Shown: positions 1 to 10,525 of the stretch, in pieces
Position numbering within the stretch: position 1 is the first letter of the stretch
How the letters are laid out: each line of letters starts with the position of its first letter
From: Octopus sinensis
Lineage: Eukaryota
Length of the DNA: 30,334 bases
Direction: 5' to 3'
Assembly: GCF_006345805.1 (NCBI RefSeq)
Contig: NW_021832520.1
Location: forward strand, 1-30,334
Notes under the pieces: generated by a model
Database searches by the model: none
The model's input: only the letters and a program-made list of their open reading frames with translations
Told to the model about the DNA's origin: nothing
Position numbers and translations under genes: made by a program

Positions 1-55
1 GTTAATATAGGGCGTTACGATTATCGTTACGTTAATCGTAACGCCCTATATTAAC
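1..55. repeat. Perfect 23-bp inverted repeat with 9-nt loop
   Basis: gttaatatagggcgttacgatta (1-23) is the exact reverse complement of 33-55. Confidence 0.95.
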
Positions 56-75
56 CCATTTTTTTCATGATAGTT

Positions 76-420
76 GTTTAGAGCAAGTTGTTTTACACCT
101 ATTACGCTGTTTTTGTTTTTGTTTTTGTGCCCGGTTCAGACGCTTTCGGAAATTCCCGATATAAATTTTCCGAGGCCTCTCCCCCACCCCTCTTTCGCGA
201 GAGCACATTTTTTTTGTCATATTCGTTTAGAGCAAGTTGTTTTACACATATTACACTATTTTTTGTTTGTTTTGGTGCCCGGGTCAGCTCCTCAGACGCT
301 TTCGGAACATCCCGATGTGAATTTTCCGAGGCCTTTCCCCCACCCCCCTTTCGCGTGCGCGAATTTTTTTTTTCATATTCATTCATAGGAAGTTGTTTTA
401 CCCCTATTACACACATTTAT
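76..420. repeat. ~150-bp tandem repeat, 2 full units plus a partial third
   Basis: gtttagagcaagttgttttacac...aattttccgaggcct...cccccacccc...tcatattc recurs at 76 and 225; a partial unit starts near 382. Confidence 0.85.
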
Positions 421-734
421 TTTTCGTTTCAGTATTTCAAGTGCACACTCGTATTTTTATACATTCAGCATGTCTTAGAAATTACATCGTAATTTTCCCG
501 CGGAATTTACATGTGAGGAAGAAAGAGAAAAGTTATCTACACAAGGTATCCATCGGACGTTAACAAATAATATAGGAAATAAGGAAAGATGCAATGAAAT
601 ATCTGAATGTAAAGGAGAACACAACGAAAGTATTGAAAGAACAGCCTCACCGAAGTTGAAAAAGTGGGTTTCCATCGCCAAAAAATTAGGGAAAGGTAGG
701 TGCGGTCGATGCCCTTTACCTCCGCTATTTCGTC

Positions 735-1125
735 TTTGTTTAGTGAGATTCTTTCTTGTAACTTACTCAACACATCGAAACAAACAGACGTACGTAATAT
801 GATACATATACAATAGAAATATACTTACATAGTAATATATATTCAGAGAGAGTCAACGATGAAATATGAGAATATGTTGAATGAGTGAAAAGTTAGAGTG
901 GACAGTGACAGCTTCAAGAGAATTTTTACGACGAATATTAATATTTAACAGGTCAACATAATAAAAAAAATGCTGCATTTTTTTCTTTAGACACTTAATT
1001 ACCAATCACGTGTCTATTTAATTAGATTTTCTCTTAAATATCAGTTGTAAAGTGGAACTGAGCAAGCAATGCATACGGAGCAACAAGATTAGCAAGGATT
1101 CACTGTGAACAAGGGGAACTAAGTC
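735..1125 (-). repeat. Inverted copy of the ZNF upstream block (about 2630-3025)
   Basis: Reverse complement contains ttagttcccctt, cagttccactttac.actgatatttaagagaaaatc, gattggtaattaa and attactatgtaagt, all found on + at 2630-3025. Confidence 0.85.
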
Positions 1126-1420
1126 TTGTCTTTATAAGAAATGGGGAATGTATAAAAATACGAGTGTGCACTTGAAATACTGAAACGAAAAGCAAATATC
1201 GTAACGAGAGGAAATGGATCGGCTTCTATTTGAGAGATAGGAAGTCTTTATTTCTGGTGGTTCTTTTGCATCATTAAAATTTAGAATTAATATGTTTTTC
1301 TAATTTATTTAATTTGTGTGTGTGTGGAGTGCTGCTTTAAGCACCTAATATAATCCCTCGTCACATATTTTTATTTGGGGGAATTTTCAGAAATTTTTGC
1401 GTACGAGAATTTGAAATTAT

Positions 1421-2075
1421 CCATTATTGAATCAAAAGAACATTGACAGAGGAAGGAAAACATATCACTGTGATGTTAAACCTGAATCATTCTTTCAAAA
1501 TGGTGAATTGTTTGTACACAGTCCTATTAATATGAAAGATATAACTGTAACCTAAGCTATTCGTGCTAAATCAATCTATGAAAGTGATCAATTATTGAAA
1601 TGTAAATGCATTGATACAGAAGAGGAACCACGATGATGATGATCCTCATCATTTAAAATTCTCCTATTCTTGCTTCTGTGGATCGGATGGAATTCATTGA
1701 TGGAGATTTTCTACATCTGGGTACCTTTCCTGTGACCAATCTTCACATGTTTCCAAGCAAGGAAATATTTTCCCTGGTGAGACATATTTTATGCAGAAGG
1801 CTAGAAGTGAACAACTGCACAAGTATGACGGTCATGATGGCCCTTTACGAACATCACATAATATCTAGGCAAAGGAACACGCACAGATACATGTGTATGT
1901 CTGAAGAATTTCTAATAGGAAATCTGTTACATGTTTTCTCTACGTGTAAATGTTTGTAATTCCTATTAGGAAATGAAACACATGTAATGCTGAATAAATA
2001 ATATCAAACTTTTCTCTATTGACCTTATGTGATTTGTAATTACTCTGCAAAAAATATTATCCAAACCTCCCACAA
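1421..2075 (+). repeat. Orphan copy of the ZNF 3' flank (paralogous to about 5980-6680, 12178-12800 and 17780-18200)
   Basis: Shares cattgacagaggaaggaaaacatatcactgtgat, tttccaagcaaggaaatattttccctggtgagac and ttaggaaatgaaacacatgtaatgctgaataaa with the other units. Confidence 0.9.
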
Positions 2076-2595
2076 AAATAATACACACAGACAGATATGG
2101 TGGTGAGTGCATAGTGAAAACGGCTTTGTCTTTTCATTGAAATAAATTTTTGTATCACCTACAAATTGAAATGTGTATTGGCTCTGACCCATCACCTTGG
2201 CTTATAAGTTACCAATGATACGGTTTTCAGTGTATGCCATGTTCCTTTAATTTTTTACTCACATGAAATTGTGACTCCTATATTTTACTATACAATTTTT
2301 GTTTTCTAGAAGAAAAATTTGAGCATTTCAATTTCAAAATGTAATTTTATCTGTTTATGGTCAAAATGGAAAAATAAGAGTGAATATTTATTTTATGAGA
2401 GCTGAGTGTATAAAATTGTGCATAAAATGTCGGTGCCATCTTTGTGTAAGTGGTACCGACAATAATTGTGATTTATGAGGAAGAATTTTCAAAGAAACGC
2501 TTTCAAAAAATATGAAATATATATAAATGGCGGTGCCCCAGCATGGCCACAGCTTGTGAGCTGAAACTAAATAAAATAAAAATAAATAAAATATA

Positions 2596-3440
2596 AAGTA
2601 GAGCCGAAATTATTTAAAGACTGGAGTTAGTTCCCCTTTTCCAAATCCTTCCTAATTAATTGTATTTCTTGTTCTTGTTTCTCACGCACCTTGATTGTTT
2701 GATCAGTTCCACTTTACGACTGATATTTAAGAGAAAATCCAATCAAATATATACAAATGATTGGTAATTAACTGTCTAAACAAACAGATACAGCATTTTC
2801 TATTACATTGACCTGCGAAATATGAAGTAACGTTCGTTGTGAGAAAGGAAGAAATTCTCTTGAAGCTGTCAGAGTCCGCTCTGACTCGTTGACTCTCTCT
2901 TTATATCAATTACTATGTAAGTATTATAAAGACATTTCTATTGTATTAAGTATCATATTACGTACATCTGTTTGTTTTCTTGTGTTGAATAAGTCAAAAG
3001 AAAGAATCTAACCAAACAAAGAAGAAACTATATGAAAGTAAGGCTGTTATTTGTAAGAAAAGATGGGGAATGTATAAAAGTACGATTGTGCACTTGAATT
3101 GCTGAAACGAAAAGGCAATATCGTTTACAGACGAAATGAAAGGGCTTTGAATTGAAACACTAGAAAGTACCTAATTTGACCAAAAACAAATATAAAAATC
3201 CGTTTATATAATCTTTTACTCGAAACTTAGTTGTAAATATATTAAAAAAATATCAACTCGACATACAAAATGAAGGCTGATCTCTATTGTTTAAAAACTA
3301 TCGCCTTGTGAAATTTAGTTTACACAAATCAGTCACCAATAATTTAATTTTCCATGCTTGAAGTATTATAAACATTTTTATGTCCATTAAAATATATAGA
3401 CATTATAATAATAATCAAAAGTCACTGAGAATGGTTTTAA
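2596..3440 (+). promoter_or_regulatory. Duplicated upstream block, putative promoter and non-coding first exon of ZNF gene 1
   Basis: Paralogous to 8318-9395. CCAAT at 2739-2743, ATTGG at 2760-2764, GTAAGT donor-like site at 2917-2922. The duplication is certain; the promoter role is inferred. Confidence 0.45.
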
Positions 3441-3859
3441 GTGTGGTTCCACATTTTTATAATTAGGAAATACAAAACCGAATTAAGAGGAAACATTATT
3501 TTAATTAAGTCATTATGTCGTTTAAAAAAAGAACATAATAAATCCCTGCTATTTCTAGCATGCAAAGTGACTGCATACAGCATGGGTTACCTTTGAGTTA
3601 GTTCACTCTTTTCAACAAACTCCCCTCCACAAACACACTCTAGACCGATTTTGGCCCTTCTTTTCTCTAGACTGATTCTGGCACTCGAAAAACAGGGGAG
3701 AAACCCTTTTGGTTAAGAAAAACAATTTTACCTTTTCAGAGGAGAAAGTGTTTGATATAAGGGCAATTTAGCTTCACGAAATGAAAGAGTGCAAATGAAA
3801 GGTAGTTTGGAATCTGCTACAGTGGCATCAGCTTAACGCAACACGAACGTATTAATTTA

Positions 3860-4030
3860 GAGGAGAAACCAGATCACTGTAATATCTGTGGCAAGTAATT
3901 CTATCAAAGAGGTAACTTCACTACTCACACAAGAGTTCATGGAGGGAAGAAGCCATATCACTGTGACATCAGTGGTGAATCATTCTCTGTTAGTATTTGC
4001 CTAACTAGACCCAAGCATACTCAGACACTG
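3860..4030 (+). pseudogene. Two relict C2H2 fingers
   Basis: gaggagaaaccagatcactgtaatatctgtggcaagtaa (stop)...gaagccatatcactgtgacatcagtggtgaatcattctct...ctggagaaaacccc; resembles the last two fingers and end of ZNF gene 3. Confidence 0.8.
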
Positions 4031-4049
4031 GAGAAAACCCCCTTCAGAT

Positions 4050-4742
4050 GAAAACATTAGATATCTAGTGTCATTGACATGTATATTGGTATGTGTGTGT
4101 GTCTAGGACAGACTTAATGTCCAGGAGATGTTATTATAATACTTGTGTCTACTCCCTGATATAAACTTCTTGAAAATAGAGAGATGGGATAAGTTTAGTA
4201 GTTCAGATAAAGGATTGCTTCTACAATTTATGAAAACAGAAATGTCATAAATTTGCACTTTTGAATATCTGCCTTTTAAACATACTTGATGTCTTATATT
4301 ATTTTTTCTATTCTTTCAGAAAATCACATGAAATTGGCTAAAAAGTATTTTTTACTTTTAAAGAATCATCAATATGTATCATGTTTGAAAGACTCTGCAA
4401 AGATATTCTATAAACGTATACTCCTGCTTCTATAAAACATTGCTGAATTACAGTAAAATATTTCCTCTGAGAGAGAAAACATTTCTTTACTTCTGAAATG
4501 TGCAAGAGATAATTTTCTCTTTTAAATATACTTTGATAGATTTCGAAAAAGTATTTGCAGCATTTTTAAATATTGGCATTGATCTCATTTAGAAGAAATA
4601 TAAAAGAAGTGATATTTGTTTGGAATAAACTATAAAAGCAAAAAGAAGAAAAATATCCATATATTTTGGTGAGAGGAGAATTAGTATTGAAAAGTTGTTG
4701 ATCTGTACAACTTGAAAGATCGATTTTATTATTCTTGAAGAG
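4050..4742 (+). repeat. Shared 5' flank of the ZNF ORFs (paralogues about 9925-10525 and 15915-16581) with conserved 3' splice-acceptor-like site
   Basis: Highly similar in all three units; ttctattctttcag acceptor-like site with AG at 4318-4319, 10095-10096 and 16162-16163. Confidence 0.85.
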
Positions 4743-5864
4743 ATGTCTGAAGAATTAGGAAAATCATCATATGACTGTGACATCTGCAAAGAGTCATTCT
4801 TAGAAGAAAGTAAATTCAATCAACACAAACAAATTCATAAAGGGGAAGCACCATATCACTGTGATATCTGTGGTAAATCATTCTCTGTTCGCAGTAGCTT
4901 AACCAAACACAAGCGTATTCATACAGGTGAGAAACCATATCACTGTGATATCTGTGGTAAATCATTCTCTGTTCGCAGTAGCTTAACCAAACACAAACGT
5001 ATTCATACAGGGGAGAAACCATATAGCTGTAGCATCTGTGGTACATCATTCTCACATCACAGTCACTTAATTCGACATACACGTATTCATACAGGGGAGA
5101 AACCATATCACTGTGATATCTGTGGTAAATCATTCTCTGATGGCAGTAGCTTAACCAAACACAAGCGTATTCATACAGGGGACAAACCATATCACTGTGA
5201 AATCTGTGGTAAATCATTCTCCGATAGCACTACCTTAATTAAACACAAACGTATTCATACGGGAGACAAACCATATCACTGTGATATCTGCGGTAAATCA
5301 TTCTCTTGTGCTCATAGCTTAACTATTCACAAGCGTATTCATACGGGAGACAAACCATATCACTGTGATATCTGCGGTAAATCATTCTCTTGTGCTCATA
5401 GCTTAACTATTCACAAGCGTATTCATACGGGAGACAAACCATATCACTGTGATATCTGCGGTAAATCATTCTCTTATGCTCATAGCTTAGCTATTCACAA
5501 GCGTATTCATACAGGGGACAAACCATACCACTGTGATATCTGTGGTGAGTCATGCTCTGATGGCAGTAGCTTAACTAAACATAAACGTATTCATACAGGA
5601 GAGAAACCATATCACTGTAATATCTGTGGTAAATCATTCACTGTTAGCAGTCACTTAACTCAACATACACGTATTCATACAGGGGAGAAACCATACCACT
5701 GTGATATCTGTGGTAAATCATTCTCTGTTAGCAGTAGCTTAACCAAACACAAGCGTATTCATACAGGTGAGGAACCATATCGCTGTGACATCTGTGGTAA
5801 ATCATTCTCACAAAAACATCACTCAATTAAACACAAGTGTATTCGCTATGAAGTTGATCCATAA
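4743..5864 (+). CDS. C2H2 zinc-finger protein 1, 373 aa, 12 canonical fingers plus 1 degenerate, no effector domain
   Basis: Repeated CxxC-x12-HxxxH with TG(E/D)KPY linkers; last finger ends HKCIR; N-terminus is only [11 protein letters not shown]. Confidence 0.92.
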   Translation: MSEELGKSSYDCDICKESFLEESKFNQHKQIHKGEAPYHCDICGKSFSVRSSLTKHKRIHTGEKPYHCDICGKSFSVRSSLTKHKRIHTGEKPYSCSICGTSFSHHSHLIRHTRIHTGEKPYHCDICGKSFSDGSSLTKHKRIHTGDKPYHCEICGKSFSDSTTLIKHKRIHTGDKPYHCDICGKSFSCAHSLTIHKRIHTGDKPYHCDICGKSFSCAHSLTIHKRIHTGDKPYHCDICGKSFSYAHSLAIHKRIHTGDKPYHCDICGESCSDGSSLTKHKRIHTGEKPYHCNICGKSFTVSSHLTQHTRIHTGEKPYHCDICGKSFSVSSSLTKHKRIHTGEEPYRCDICGKSFSQKHHSIKHKCIRYEVDP

Positions 5865-7991
5865 CACAGTGACATTGGTTGTATAACATTCCTTCAGAAG
5901 GACAAGTTTGTATCTCATAAAACCCTCTACACAAGAAAGAAACTATATCAATGTGATATCAATGGTAAGCCTTTCATTTGAAATGATCCATTAACGAATC
6001 GAAAGAGCATTGACAGAGGAAGGAAAACATATCACTGTGATAGCAGTGCTTAATCATTCTATGAAAATGGAGAATTATACACAGTCATATTAATATGAAA
6101 GATAAAACCATACCCTAAGACATTTGTGCTAAGTCAATCTATGAAAATGATCAATTATTAAAACATAACTGCATTCATACAGAAGAGGAACCATATCACT
6201 ACAATGATGATAATCATCATCATTTAAAATTCACTTTTCCATGCTTCAATGGATCAGATGGAATTCATTGATGGAGATTTTCCTGAGCTGGGTACCCTTT
6301 CTTGTCACCAATCCTCACCTGTTTCCAAGCAAGGAAATATTTTCCCTGGTGAGACATTTTACGCAGAGAACTGGAAATGAAGAACTGCACAAGTATGACG
6401 GTCATGATGGCCATTTACGGACATCACATAATATCTGGACAAGGATACACTCACTTGTGCATACACACACACACTCAGACACGTGTATATATGTATGTAT
6501 GAAGAATTTCTTATAGGAGATATTTTACATGTTTTCTCTTTGTCTAAAAGTTTGTAATTCCTATTAGGTAATGAAACACATGTAATGCTGAATTAATACT
6601 ATCAAATTGTTTTCCAGTCTTCTTATGTGATATGTAATTACTCTGCAAAAAATATTATCCAAACCTCAGACAAAAATAATATTTATGTACATATATAATA
6701 ACCAGCTTGTTTGTACAGCTGTTACGCTTTCATTAGATTAGTGGAATAAATGAGGGGTGGGGACAGAAGTGGAGAAAAGGGAGGGAGAAATAGAGTAAGG
6801 TGATCTTATAATAATTCTGCTTCTCATTCTGTTACTTAGCTCGTCAGTAACACTTTCATGTTATTAGAGAAAAGGGGGGTAGAGGGAGAAAAGATGATTA
6901 GAGAAAGAAACAAAAGGGAGAAACAAAAGACTAAGAAAGAAGCAAGCATGACATGTGATGGGGGGAATGTAATAGTTATTTTATGGTTAAAAAAGCTAGC
7001 TGAAGGTTGTGATATAGAGAAGAGTTAGAAATATAATCTTAGCAGAGGGGTGATGTTCTGATGTTGATATTAAAGAAAGGCACAGAGAGAGAGAGAGATG
7101 ATGATGGTGGTGTGTTGATTGCGAAAAGGAATTTCTTTTTTTTATAGAGACCATCACTCAACACTTGCACTTCTTTGCAATTATTTATCGCCTTCTCACT
7201 TAAGAGATTGATATTTGTTTCTAAGGATTAATTTAGCCTAAACTATGGATTCACAAGAGACACAGTTGCAAACTGCCTGAGAAAAGATGCACAGATCTAG
7301 AGCATGGAACACTAAGAAGATATAATAAAAAAGAGGAAAAAGATGGCACCAATGGTGTTGTGAGGAATTGGATGTAGACAGATGCCAAGTATATTCAAAG
7401 AAAGCTAAAACTATGAATGCTATAAAAATGCAAATCATCCTCTCTTTCTTAAATAGGTCCTCTTAATTTTTTTCATTCTGTAGAATTTACATGGGTCCCA
7501 CTAGTAATTAATAATAAACTAAAGTGACGAACTGGCAGGGTCGTTAGCACATTGGGGAAAATACTTAGCTGTGGTTCTTCTGACATGACATTTGCATTTA
7601 AATTCTGCCAAGGTGGACTTAGTCCTACATCCAGAGATGGGTTTGATGAAAAGAAGCCCCTTTTGAGCACTGGAGTTGAGATAATCAATTCAATGTTTCC
7701 TGTGGAATTTCCGGCCTTGTTCCAATATCTCAAAACCATTAATTCCAGTCTCTTATCTTCACTCTCACCCGTGGAAATGCCACGACCATGTTGGCATGTT
7801 CCTTGAGGTCCCATGGAACGTTGTACTGTGCGACCAATTGAGGAACTTGTTGAATGGGTGTTTGTTTTGATGTTTTATTTTTCCTCTTCTATTTTTTTCT
7901 TTCTTCCTGATTTCTCATTTTCAGTTTTGGATTTTGGATAAACTGAAAGATTATATAAATATGTATTTATAGAATTAGTAAAGACATAAAG

Positions 7992-8287
7992 CACAGCTCC
8001 CATGACTTTAGGAAACATTTTTTCACGCTGAGAGTTGCTGAGGCATGGAACAAACTGCCGACATCAGTTGTTAGTTGTCAGAGCACTGCATCCTTCAGAA
8101 CTTCCTGAGATTCACCAACACTACACCTGATTTTCTCCCCTCCATACACACGCAAGCATCTATCTGACTCCTACACTGTTCACATCCCAGGCATTTGTAC
8201 ATTACTGCATATACTTTATACGCACTTTTGACAAGTTGTGGTGCACCTGAGAACTGTATACAATAATTTCATTATTATTATTATTAT
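7992..8287 (+). mobile_element. CR1/L2-type LINE 3' end fragment with (ATT)n tail
   Basis: Translates HSSHDFRKHFFTLRVAEAWNKLP, matching the RKxFFSxRVVxxWNxLP C-terminus of CR1-group ORF2; ends in ttattattattatta. Confidence 0.75.
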
Positions 8288-8317
8288 AAGTTTTGAAAAG
8301 ATGCAGAGCAACAAAAA

Positions 8318-9395
8318 AAGTAGAGCCGCAATTATTTAAAGAATTGAGTTAGTTCCCCTTGTTAACTCTTCCTAATTTCATTTCCTCCTCCTGTTTCTCG
8401 CGCACCTTGATTGTTTGATCACTTTCACTTTCAAACTGATATTTAAGAGGAAACCCAATCGAAAATATACAAATGATTGGTAATAGAATGTCTAAAGAAA
8501 CAGTTTCAGCATTTTTATTATGTCGACCTGCAAAATATGAAGTAACGTTCGTTGGAAAGAGTAAGTATCATTGTGCTATCCCTTCTCTTTTAGATATTTC
8601 ATCGCACTTGTGTCTACGCCTTCCGGATCGCCGTCATTTCCTATATTTCTTAATGTCAGATTAATACCTTGTTTAGATAAAATTCCTCTTTCTTTTTGAC
8701 TTGTAGATTGGACAATTTAGTTAAATGCGGGAAAATTACGATGTAATTTGTAAGAAAAGATTGGGAATGTATAAAAGTACGATTGTGCACTTGGATTACT
8801 GAAACGAAAAGGCAATATCGTATACAGACGAAATGAAAGGGCTTTGAATTGAAACAGCAGAAAGTACCTAATTTGACCAAAAATAAATATAAAAATCCGT
8901 TTATATAATCTTTTACTCGAACATTCGTTGTGAAGATATAGAAAAAAAATCGACACGACATATAAAATAAAGGCTGATTAGCCATTGTTTAAAATTTATC
9001 GCGTTGTGAAATTTAGTTTACTCAAATCAGTCACTAATAACTTTTCGGTTTGAACGGCAGTTTTTTTCTAGCGGTGTCATACGAAATTGTCACCCATAAT
9101 TATGACCCTAGTATCGATCTATTGCAGTTCAATCTCTTTTAGGGTTAGGGGTGGGGGGAAGGGTATCTTTTTTTCTTCAGAAATGAAAATAAACCCAATC
9201 TGTTTCTTAAACGAGGGACATATTCATATGGCACAGAATGATTTTTTACCTCAATAGACGTCAGTGATTGGTTGAAATTGCAGAAATTGAAGAAAAACAA
9301 CAACAAATATACTTATGCTTGAAGCATTATAAACATTTTTATGTCCATTAAAATATGTAGACATTATAATAATCAAAAATCTTTGAGAATGGTTT
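8318..9395 (+). promoter_or_regulatory. Second copy of the upstream block (putative promoter/exon 1 of ZNF gene 2), interrupted at 9041-9314
   Basis: Aligns with 2596-3440. CCAAT at 8455-8459, ATTGG at 8476-8480, GTAAGT at 8561-8566. Confidence 0.45.
9041..9314. mobile_element. ~270-bp interspersed repeat (MITE-like), second copy at about 13807-14150
   Basis: Absent from the paralogous block near 3340; near-identical to 13807-14070 (gaaattgtcacccataattatgaccctagtatcgatctattgca...aaacgagggacatattcat). Confidence 0.75.
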
Positions 9396-9648
9396 TAAGC
9401 GTGTGTTGGGATTTGGGTTTTGATTGCTGCACTGCGACTGCGTGGAGTTCTCTTCTGTTTTGCAGACATCATGTTCAACTTTGGTTTTAGGGAGTCTGGA
9501 ATGTAGCAACTCGCTGCAAAAAAATATTATTGCGTTGAAGTTTCATTTTGCTTACAATTTAGCAATCTTTGTATTGTATATTGCTGTATTTTTCAGTAGA
9601 TTGAAGCCTTTTAAACTTTGGTATTCGAGTTTGGGTTTATAACAGTGT

Positions 9649-9914
9649 AGTCTTGTGGAGGCATATGGTCTAGTGGTTAGAGCAGTGGACTCGCAGTCGA
9701 GTGATCGCAGGTTCGAATCTCAGACTGAGCGAAACACCTAAGCTCCAGCAGAAGGTAATGGTGAAACTTCTGCTGACTCTTTCACTACAACTTTCTCACT
9801 CTTTCCTCCTGCATCTTGCAACTTACCTGTGACGGACTAGCGTCCCATCCAGGTGGAGAACCTACATGTCAAGGAAACCGGCTCTTATGAGCCTAGCATG
9901 GCTCGAGAAGGTAC
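9649..9914 (+). mobile_element. tRNA-derived SINE
   Basis: A-box-like tggtctagtgg and B-box ggttcgaatct in the head; non-tRNA body (gacggactagcgtcccatccaggtgg); possible 8-bp TSD aacagtgt at 9641-9648 and 9915-9922; absent from the paralogous flanks. Confidence 0.8.
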
Positions 9915-10525
9915 AACAGTGTGGTCTACTCCCTGATATAAACTTCTTGAAAACAGAGAGATGGGATAAATATAATAGTTCAGATAAAGAATTACTTCTA
10001 CAATTTATGAAAACAGAAATGTCGTAAATTTGCACTTTTGAATATCTGCCTTTTAAACATGCTTTAAGTCTTATATTATTTTTTCTATTCTTTCAGAAAA
10101 TCACATGAAATTGGCTAAAAAGTACTTTTTACTTTTAAAGAATCATCAATATGTATCATGTTTGAAAGACTCTGCAAAGATATTCTACAAACGTATAATC
10201 CTGCTTCTATAAAACATTGCTGAGTTACAGTAAAATATTTCCTCTGAGAGAGAAAGCATTTCTTTAGTTCTGTGTCTGAAATGTGCAAGAGATAATTTTC
10301 TCTTTTAAATATACTTTGATAGATTTCCAAAGAGTATTTGCGACATTTTTAAATATTGGCATTGATCACATTTAGGAGAAATATAAGAGAAGTGATATTT
10401 GTTTGGAATAAACTATAAAAGCAAAAAGAAGAAAAATATCCATAAATTTTGGTGAGAGGAGAAATAGTATTGAAAAGTTGTTGATCTGTACAACTTGAAG
10501 GATTGATTATATTTTTCTTGAAGAG

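Noticed and set aside
74-492. Three overlapping 104-134 aa ORFs
   Set aside because: Arise from the tandem repeat; low complexity.
2528-2590. ggcggtgccccagcatggccacagc followed by an A-rich tail
   Set aside because: Probably a short SINE/LINE 3' remnant; too short to classify without a library.
4816-5217. Antisense or alternate-frame ORFs over the finger arrays (also 10710-11021, 11610-11813, 16742-17140)
   Set aside because: Shadow frames produced by the 84-bp periodicity.
9655-9730. tRNA gene
   Set aside because: A and B boxes are present but the cloverleaf is poor and it runs into a SINE body.
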